DNA from: a virus
IMG/VR virus record: IMGVR_UViG_3300030419_003950
Span: 3,346 to 67,345 of that record
Length of the DNA stretch: 64,000 nucleotides
Reading direction: 5' to 3' (one strand)
Of this stretch, positions 57,707 to 64,000 are shown in pieces. Numbering within the stretch: the stretch's first letter is position 1; the number at the start of each line of letters is the position of its first letter. A program made the position numbers and the translations under genes. Under the pieces are notes generated by a model. The model worked only from the letters and a program-made list of their open reading frames with translations, had not been told where the DNA came from and ran no database searches.

Positions 57707-58130
57707 CTTCCTCTGTTTCCCAACTTACCTGCCAATCTTTAAATTCAGAAGCAATACAATCAATCTTATAATCTTTTCTACCACCAACTACTTCCATAAT
57801 TTTATTAATAGCAGTATTTCGAATACCATTTAATCCATGTGTTAACATAAGATTATCTGAACCCTTTTCACCATTACGAACTTGTGATTCATTATACCAA
57901 ATATGTGCATTCATTTGTGATAACACCACAATGGCTCTAATCACATCACCATTGATTTCACCTTTATGTTCTTTAAGTATTAAACTAATATCATGAACCA
58001 TATCATTTATTTCAGATGCATAGTTCTCTTTGTTTTCTGGAATGAAAACTTCTTTCAATTGATGAATACTTAATCTATCAATCAATTCGCCTAATGTAGG
58101 TAACCACTTTCTATTCATTTTCTTACTCAT
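57693..58130 (-). CDS. Helical hypothetical protein (DUF4254/DUF6165-like)
   Basis: TLGELIDRLSI motif. Confidence 0.55.
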   Translation of the reverse strand: MSKKMNRKWLPTLGELIDRLSIHQLKEVFIPENKENYASEINDMVHDISLILKEHKGEINGDVIRAIVVLSQMNAHIWYNESQVRNGEKGSDNLMLTHGLNGIRNTAINKIMEVVGGRKDYKIDCIASEFKDWQVSWETEEDAPK

Positions 58131-58139
58131 AAATTTTAG

Positions 58140-58212
58140 TGGAGCTGACAGGAATCGAACCTGCGACCTCCGCAGTGCAAGTGCGGCGCTCTCCCAACTG
58201 AGCTACAGCCCC
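58140..58212 (-). tRNA. tRNA-Ala(TGC)
   Basis: GGGGCTG acceptor with G3-U70, anticodon loop CT-TGC-AC, GGTTCGATTCC; CCA not encoded. Confidence 0.95.
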
Positions 58213-58393
58213 AGCTCTCAGGCTTTACTCCACCATTTTATTTAACTGATTTACCTTTAGGGAAAGGTGATTCTAAGAATTTTATCATTCCGTTTCTAAC
58301 TCTTGTTAAAAACTCATCTTCTTTACCTCTAAAGTTACCAACTATATTTTTTCTTTTTGTAGTTTTCTTCTTTGCTCTTGGCATTTTATACTC

Positions 58394-59422
58394 CTATAAT
58401 AAATGAGGTCTGGCTTCTATTTGTCCAGCTCTCGTTACTTCTATAAATTCTACTTTGCTATGAAACTCAGAAATATTGTTAGCCCCAACATAACTGAAAC
58501 TACTACGAATTCCATCCTTAATATCTGAGAGTATTCTAAGGGTTTTCCCTTTATACGATATAACTTTGTGATTGCCTTCAACATTCTTATCACTCCTTTT
58601 GGAATCCCTACTAGCAGAACCCCTGTATTTTTTAAATAACTTTTCGTTAGGCCATTCGCCTTGTTTTTCTATTTCCCCTGGACTCTCTTTAGTACCTGAG
58701 AGAAGACTTCCCAACATAACCGAATCAGCCCCACAAGCCAATCCTTTACAAACATCACCGATATTACGAATACCACCATCAGCAATAACGGGAACATTAA
58801 ACTTATCTGCAACACTAATCCCATCAAGTAAAGCAGAAACTTGGGGAATCCCAACACCAGTTCTAATCCTCGTTTCACATAAACTTCCATTTCCGATTCC
58901 GACTCTAACCGAGTCAGCTCCTTTTTGACATAAGAACCTAACACCTTCTCCCGTTGCAACTGAGCCCGCAACGATTTCAACTCCTGGTAATTTGGTCTTA
59001 ATTTTTTCAATTGCATCTCCCACTAATTTATGATGTCCATGTGCTACATCTATAAGTAGTGTATTACAACCATTATTAAATAACTCTTGAGCTCTTTCTA
59101 TATAATCTCCTTTAACACCAACGGCGGCACATAATGGTAATTCACAATGGTCATACTTTTCAGTATGTAACCGATTCATTATTGATGATTGTTCTTCTAT
59201 AGAATTAAATCTATGAACAACACCAACACCACCCAACTTCATCATTTCAAAAGCCATATCAAATCCTGTGACTGTATCCATTGGTGAGGCTACTATTGGT
59301 ATTTCTAATTTTGTATTCTTAGTAAACCTTGTATCTAACTTAACATCATCACGAGATTTAATATCAGAATAATTAGGGATGATATTTACATCATCATAAG
59401 TATAACATTTATTATTTATCAT
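58394..59422 (-). CDS. IMP dehydrogenase / GMP reductase family, no CBS domains
   Basis: ASPMDTV, IDVAHG, GIGNGSLCETR, IADGGI and YRGSAS motifs. Confidence 0.9.
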   Translation of the reverse strand: MINNKCYTYDDVNIIPNYSDIKSRDDVKLDTRFTKNTKLEIPIVASPMDTVTGFDMAFEMMKLGGVGVVHRFNSIEEQSSIMNRLHTEKYDHCELPLCAAVGVKGDYIERAQELFNNGCNTLLIDVAHGHHKLVGDAIEKIKTKLPGVEIVAGSVATGEGVRFLCQKGADSVRVGIGNGSLCETRIRTGVGIPQVSALLDGISVADKFNVPVIADGGIRNIGDVCKGLACGADSVMLGSLLSGTKESPGEIEKQGEWPNEKLFKKYRGSASRDSKRSDKNVEGNHKVISYKGKTLRILSDIKDGIRSSFSYVGANNISEFHSKVEFIEVTRAGQIEARPHLL

Positions 59423-59577
59423 ATATAACTTTTATTTTCTGACTGTGCGGATTAACCATCTCCAATACATTATACATGCAATTAGTAAAATTATATCCAA
59501 CCAATCTAATACTATCATATGTTAATTCGACCAAACGAATCATCATATCACTCATATATAAATATAACATAATCATA

Positions 59578-60054
59578 CTAAACACTCAAATAATTTCTAA
59601 TTCCAGTTCCAACTAATTGTTCATAAAATTTACCATCTACATCATGCCACACATATGGTGATTCTGGATTCTCATCCCAACCAAATTGAGAATAATACTC
59701 ATAATCTTTACGAAGTAAATTAGCTCTATGTGATGAATGTATTCTATCATCACCAATCCAATGTGGTTTAACTGGATTGTTCACATCATATAATTCCATA
59801 TTATTATTATAACCTCTATCAATCCATTCTCGTATAATAACATTAGTATATAATTTTAAAGAATCTACATAAGGTCTCCACATGACTGTGGCTGGATGAT
59901 TTAACCAACCCTTATATTGTTTACCATCTTTTCTTGGTTTACCCTCGATGGCATTAATAATTTGCATTCCTTCTACTCGTTGTTTTCCTAATCGTCTCCA
60001 ATCAAGAACACGAGCTGAAGCTTCATAACTTGGGTATGGTAAAAAAGTTTGCAT
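59578..60054 (-). CDS. Pyrimidine-dimer DNA glycosylase-like (MSMEG_6728 family)
   Basis: MQTFLP, LGKQRVE, HPATVMW and SHRANLLRK motifs. Confidence 0.8.
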   Translation of the reverse strand: MQTFLPYPSYEASARVLDWRRLGKQRVEGMQIINAIEGKPRKDGKQYKGWLNHPATVMWRPYVDSLKLYTNVIIREWIDRGYNNNMELYDVNNPVKPHWIGDDRIHSSHRANLLRKDYEYYSQFGWDENPESPYVWHDVDGKFYEQLVGTGIRNYLSV

Positions 60055-60163
60055 TAATATTCTGGTCTCCTTCCGAAATTATTCTTTTCGATTCTCATTT
60101 TAAGATGTCTCTTATATGTCCATAACATATACACATTCTTAATATAGGTTAATATCTTCCTCA

Positions 60164-60409
60164 TTATATTAGTTCACTCCACTTTTTAAGTTTCTCTTTT
60201 TTAATCTTTACTCTCTCTTCTATATCATTCCAACTAACAAGGTCATATTCGTGTAACAATTCAATCATACAATAAACATCTCCTACTTCTTCAAGTAGTT
60301 TATCATTGTCGTGATAATCATCACATCTGATTGCCTTACTACATTGTTGAATAAGTTCACCACACTCTTCCATTGTGATGGTTAATAGTTCTTGTAATTT
60401 ATTATCCAT
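60164..60409 (-). CDS. MazG-like NTP pyrophosphohydrolase
   Basis: MEECGEL...LEEVGDV. Confidence 0.75.
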   Translation of the reverse strand: MDNKLQELLTITMEECGELIQQCSKAIRCDDYHDNDKLLEEVGDVYCMIELLHEYDLVSWNDIEERVKIKKEKLKKWSELI

Positions 60410-60425
60410 GATATAAAATTAACTG

Positions 60426-60461
60426 AATATACGAAATAAAACAATACAAGTCAAGTCTTTT
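60426..60461 (-). promoter_or_regulatory. Phage early-type promoter, copy 6
   Basis: AAAAGAC TTGACT N17 TATATT. Confidence 0.72.
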
Positions 60462-60703
60462 CTTCAATTATTTTCCAAGTGAATGGTTGCCTGTTTCTTT
60501 GATATTGTTGCATAGTCCATTCAATATCATTTGTTTCTAAAGTTACAACCTCATTATCTTTAGAATAAGGTGCATAAGTTATCTGTATTCTATACTTCAT
60601 TAATATTCATCTCCTCTCAACCATATATCTAACGCTACATATAATGTAAACAATAGAAATAATCCTACAAATACTCCTAATATAATCTGTATAATTTGAA
60701 ACA

Positions 60704-62194
60704 TTAAAATACCTTTACACCATACTTCTTCTCAAACGCAACACCATCGTGATACGAATTAACAATGGGCTGTCCTTTTATATTAAGACTGGTATTGAGA
60801 ACCATAGGACAACCCGTTGTCTGATAAAACTTTTTTATTAATTTATAGTAACCAGGATTATCATCCTTACTTACAGTCTGAACTCTTGATGTTCCATCTA
60901 CATGACAGATAGCAGGATACTTATCTGGATACTTACAAGGAGCTACGAATTGCATGAATTGTGATTTACGAACTGGCATATCAAATATCTCATGTGCGTG
61001 TTCCTCTAATACTGATGGAGCGAATGGACGGAACTTTTGTCTTCTCTTAATCTCATTCACTTTATCTTTAATATCTTTACCTCGTGGGTCAGCCAACAGA
61101 GAACGATTACCAAGTGCTCTTGGACCGAACTCTGCCCTCCCGTTGGCAACTCCCACTATATTTCCCTTGAGTAGTTCGTTACTCACTTGAGTAATAGGAT
61201 ACTTACCTTTAATATTATAACCAAGAAAACAATTCTTCCAATCAACATGCTCACCTAATAGATAAGCCGCACTACCAAGAGAACTACCACCATCTCCAGG
61301 ATTTGGAATAATCCATAAGTTAGGATATAACTCACTTGCTATCATAGAGTTGGCTACACAATTCAATGCAACTCCACCACCATAACACATATTATCTGTT
61401 TCAGGAACTAATCGTTTAGCCAGTTCAAATACTTTATATATCTCATCCTCACATATCGACTGAACATTAGCCGCTATAGTGTATTTCCATTCTTCTGAAC
61501 CATCATCTGGATAAACATCACAATCCCAATCCAAACATCCACGATGAAGATTAGACTTAAAGTTTACGATATTTTTTCCGCTCTTAAAGAAATCCTTTCT
61601 AATACTTTGTTTAATCTTAGGGTCTACTTTCCCCCAACCTGCCATACCCATTAAGATATACTCATCCTCTTGGGGCTTTAGCCCCAACCTTTGAGTCATG
61701 GCACTATACCACAAACCTAATGAATTCGGATAACTTACTGAATATCTTTTCTCGAAGTGTGAACCCCAGGCATACCATATCGTGCAAGTTTCCCACTCAC
61801 CAATAGCATCAATACATACAATGGCGGATTCATCGTAAGGTGATGTGTAATAAGAGGCAGCCGCGTGTGATTGATGATGTGGAACATATGTTATAGGTGA
61901 ATCACCAACCCAAGCCTTAGGTAGATATCTTGATGGTAAATTCTCTCTCGTGAATGCTTCTCGGTATTGTCCTGCGTATAACTGACGAGACTTTTTAATT
62001 ATAGGTTGTTCATAGTATGCTATCTTATCCCAATGTCCGTATCGTCTTACATCAGCAAATATTGCTGAGTTTAATAAATCATCATTCTTCTTACCACTAT
62101 ATCGTTCACTATGTGCAGCAAACAAAATCTCTTTACCATTCAGTAGTGTAATGCAAGCATCGTGGTTCAGTACATTAATTCCTAATATATTCAT
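60704..62194 (-). CDS. NodU/CmcH-family carbamoyltransferase
   Basis: HDA, HHQSHAAAS, DAIGE, GGVALNCVAN, EFGPRALGNRS and LNTSLN motifs. Confidence 0.92.
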   Translation of the reverse strand: MNILGINVLNHDACITLLNGKEILFAAHSERYSGKKNDDLLNSAIFADVRRYGHWDKIAYYEQPIIKKSRQLYAGQYREAFTRENLPSRYLPKAWVGDSPITYVPHHQSHAAASYYTSPYDESAIVCIDAIGEWETCTIWYAWGSHFEKRYSVSYPNSLGLWYSAMTQRLGLKPQEDEYILMGMAGWGKVDPKIKQSIRKDFFKSGKNIVNFKSNLHRGCLDWDCDVYPDDGSEEWKYTIAANVQSICEDEIYKVFELAKRLVPETDNMCYGGGVALNCVANSMIASELYPNLWIIPNPGDGGSSLGSAAYLLGEHVDWKNCFLGYNIKGKYPITQVSNELLKGNIVGVANGRAEFGPRALGNRSLLADPRGKDIKDKVNEIKRRQKFRPFAPSVLEEHAHEIFDMPVRKSQFMQFVAPCKYPDKYPAICHVDGTSRVQTVSKDDNPGYYKLIKKFYQTTGCPMVLNTSLNIKGQPIVNSYHDGVAFEKKYGVKVF

Positions 62195-62442
62195 GCTTCT
62201 CCGTATTGTATATTAATTCCAAGTATATTGAGTAAATCATATAGTAATGGACGATATTCAGGATATTGATTTAAAGTTGTGAGTAAGTTATCCAGATACT
62301 TGTTATCTATATACTCGTAATCGTTCTCGACTAATAAAACGGCTTGTTCCAAGAATTCACTTACTGCTTTCTCGACTGGTTTAGGTAATCCATCCACTAC
62401 CTTTTTCGATTTGATTCTCTTAATATCTTCTTTAAAACCCAT
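62191..62442 (-). CDS. Hypothetical protein
   Basis: Coupled to the carbamoyltransferase. Confidence 0.55.
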   Translation of the reverse strand: MGFKEDIKRIKSKKVVDGLPKPVEKAVSEFLEQAVLLVENDYEYIDNKYLDNLLTTLNQYPEYRPLLYDLLNILGINIQYGEA

Positions 62443-62604
62443 AATATAACATTCTCAATACATTAATAAATAGTATAATAGAACATGAAAAACACAAAAA
62501 AATATAATGCATGGAAAGAAATGCGGTAGTTTATCTCATAGATAAGAGTGTAATTAATGGTCTATAGCCCTATTTTTTATCGTGATGGTGGGGTCAGTAA
62601 GGGC

Positions 62605-62691
62605 TCTGACATTTTGTCATACTTTTTTGCGATTAACGAGTTAATGCACCCACCCCCCGCTTAGTGTTTTGATGTCTGACTTCTTGTCATA
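62605..62691. repeat. Two direct copies of a 17-bp palindromic box, 70 bp apart
   Basis: TCTGACATTTTGTCATA at 62605 and TCTGACTTCTTGTCATA at 62675. Confidence 0.7.
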
Positions 62692-62889
62692 ATATATGTG
62701 TGTGGTGTATAGGTGTGTGCTGAGTAGTTGTGTTCTCTATACTATCAGGGCCAGTGCCTGGGTTTGCAATATTTTTTAGTGCATCAGGCCGTGTTTTTGA
62801 GTGTTCTCGTCGAGAAAATTGGGAAATTTCGAGGTGCCGAGTGTCAAATCCAGGCGAAAACGACCGAAAATAATGCCTGCACCCGCTAT

Positions 62890-62927
62890 AATTTACGAAG
62901 AAATAATGAGAAAGTCAAGTCTTTTTT
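62890..62927 (-). promoter_or_regulatory. Phage early-type promoter, copy 7, facing non-coding DNA
   Basis: A-tract GAC TTGACT N17 TAAATT. Confidence 0.65.
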
Positions 62928-62939
62928 GCAAAAATCGGG

Positions 62940-63641
62940 CTAATTTTCGAGTGTTTTTTGGAATTCTTCGAATGGAATATACTCAAGCTCATCCAATACT
63001 TCATGCTCATGCACTGCTTTAGCGTGTGGTTCATGTGTTACTTGAGCGGTTGTGTTAGTTTGCTCTATAATATTCTGCTCTACTGCCTGACTAATAGGTG
63101 TTTCTCTATGACGATACCACCCTTTGTGTGATGTGTGCAGTTCATAAACACAATTAAAACATAATACGCGGAGATTCTCTATCTTAGTGTTCTGCGGATT
63201 TAAATCTAAAAAATCTAATACGAGGGGCTGGGGCTTTTTCTGTGTCCAATTATGGTAATCACAACCACAATTACTACAACTTGGTGGTAATAAGCCTTCA
63301 CGAATAGCCTTAGTCAATAGTGTGGTTTCTCGAAATGGATTCGGATTCTCACCAGCCAGTATAGAGGCAATATCGTGTTTACCAAATTGTCCGACGAAGG
63401 AACGGCGTTTTATTCCCTTATTACTTGGTAGTGGTTTAAATAATTCATATCTCTCAGCATACTTCTTGAAAGTTTGGTAAGCTACATTTAAATATTGTGC
63501 AGCCTGTTTCATAGAAGGAGTGGAGGCTATGGCATACTCTATCTGTTTCTTAGTTAATCCCTTTTCAGGGGCTCCGCCCGTATTATTTAACTTGATGGGC
63601 TTATTTGTATCGATATCCATACAAATTACCCTATATGACAA
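62940..63641 (-). CDS. HTH plus degenerate HNH-endonuclease protein
   Basis: SMKQAAQYLNVAYQTF HTH; CSNC, LVLDFLD (His replaced by Phe), NLRVLCFNC. Confidence 0.65.
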   Translation of the reverse strand: MSYRVICMDIDTNKPIKLNNTGGAPEKGLTKKQIEYAIASTPSMKQAAQYLNVAYQTFKKYAERYELFKPLPSNKGIKRRSFVGQFGKHDIASILAGENPNPFRETTLLTKAIREGLLPPSCSNCGCDYHNWTQKKPQPLVLDFLDLNPQNTKIENLRVLCFNCVYELHTSHKGWYRHRETPISQAVEQNIIEQTNTTAQVTHEPHAKAVHEHEVLDELEYIPFEEFQKTLEN

Positions 63642-63650
63642 AATGTCAGA
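63634..63650. repeat. Exact inverted copy of the 17-bp box
   Basis: TATGACAAAATGTCAGA is the reverse complement of 62605-62621. Confidence 0.75.
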
Positions 63651-63774
63651 CGAGTGATGTATGGGCTATATATTATTCTATTCATCATACTATTTTAATC
63701 CTTATCTATCCGTATAAATAAGTATCAAATAGTATAAAAAAGAGTATAAAGTGGGTTATTGTGGTTTAAAGTGT

Positions 63775-63978
63775 TTAATTAAACCTATTGATAAGATTCG
63801 AGATTGAATCTTCTATTTTTTGTGGGATATCGTATTTTAAACAGATTAAAGCAACCAAACACAATATCAATTCCATCTTATATGGATTAGGTGGGATAGA
63901 GATTTCGAGTGCAACGAGAACCGCTGTGATTAATTTTAAAGTATGTTGGATTGTATCTTTCATACTCATATATATCAA
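63775..63978 (-). CDS. Small hydrophobic protein
   Basis: Two hydrophobic segments. Confidence 0.4.
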   Translation of the reverse strand: MIYMSMKDTIQHTLKLITAVLVALEISIPPNPYKMELILCLVALICLKYDIPQKIEDSISNLINRFN

Positions 63979-64000
63979 GTATCAAAGATTTTAAGTTATG

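Noticed and set aside
35795-62921. AGTCAAGTC repeats as CRISPR or mobile-element ends
   Set aside because: Dispersed single copies with -35/-10 geometry, no regular spacers, no cas or transposase gene
62605-63650. IS or transposon defined by the inverted repeats
   Set aside because: No transposase motif, no evident target-site duplication, and one repeat overlaps the gene start
1571-63994. Most plus-strand ORFs in the track
   Set aside because: They are antisense shadows of well-supported minus-strand genes; only 24479 and 24829 have an RBS and terminator
1-64000. Stop-codon reassignment or selenocysteine recoding
   Set aside because: Coding density is high in the standard code, recognisable proteins end naturally at TAG or TGA, and no suppressor tRNA was seen
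1-64000. Bacterial chromosome or prophage origin
   Set aside because: Baseplate genes, dispersed phage promoters, single-strand gene packing and stand-alone auxiliary genes, with no integrase or housekeeping operons, indicate a large phage

Overview
AT-rich segment of a large tailed (myovirus-type, probably jumbo) phage genome, with almost all genes on the minus strand in standard genetic code. The host is inferred to be FCB-group (Bacteroidota or Marinimicrobia-like), from a PorV-like gene, a T9SS-type C-terminal sorting domain, Gln-after-signal-peptide exported proteins, an Hc1-like protein and a GE-starting tmRNA tag. From left to right: small nuclease, peptidase and PAP2 genes plus candidate lysis membrane proteins (1-3.4 kb); an envelope operon with CsgG-like proteins, a beta-barrel, PorV and a cohesin/dockerin-like T9SS cargo (3.4-10.2 kb); tail and baseplate genes, one carrying a Hint domain (10.3-24.3 kb); an MTase-AsnB-MTase triplet (25-29.3 kb); tmRNA with a very long tag, peptide deformylase, tRNA-Cys, PhoH, a J-domain protein, a ~330-nt structured non-coding region, Hsp20, thioredoxin and a MoxR/vWA pair (30-46 kb); glycan-modification and SAM/purine-salvage genes (46-59.5 kb); and a carbamoyltransferase plus an inverted-repeat-flanked HNH region (60-64 kb). 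All assignments come from motif recognition by eye; no searches were run.
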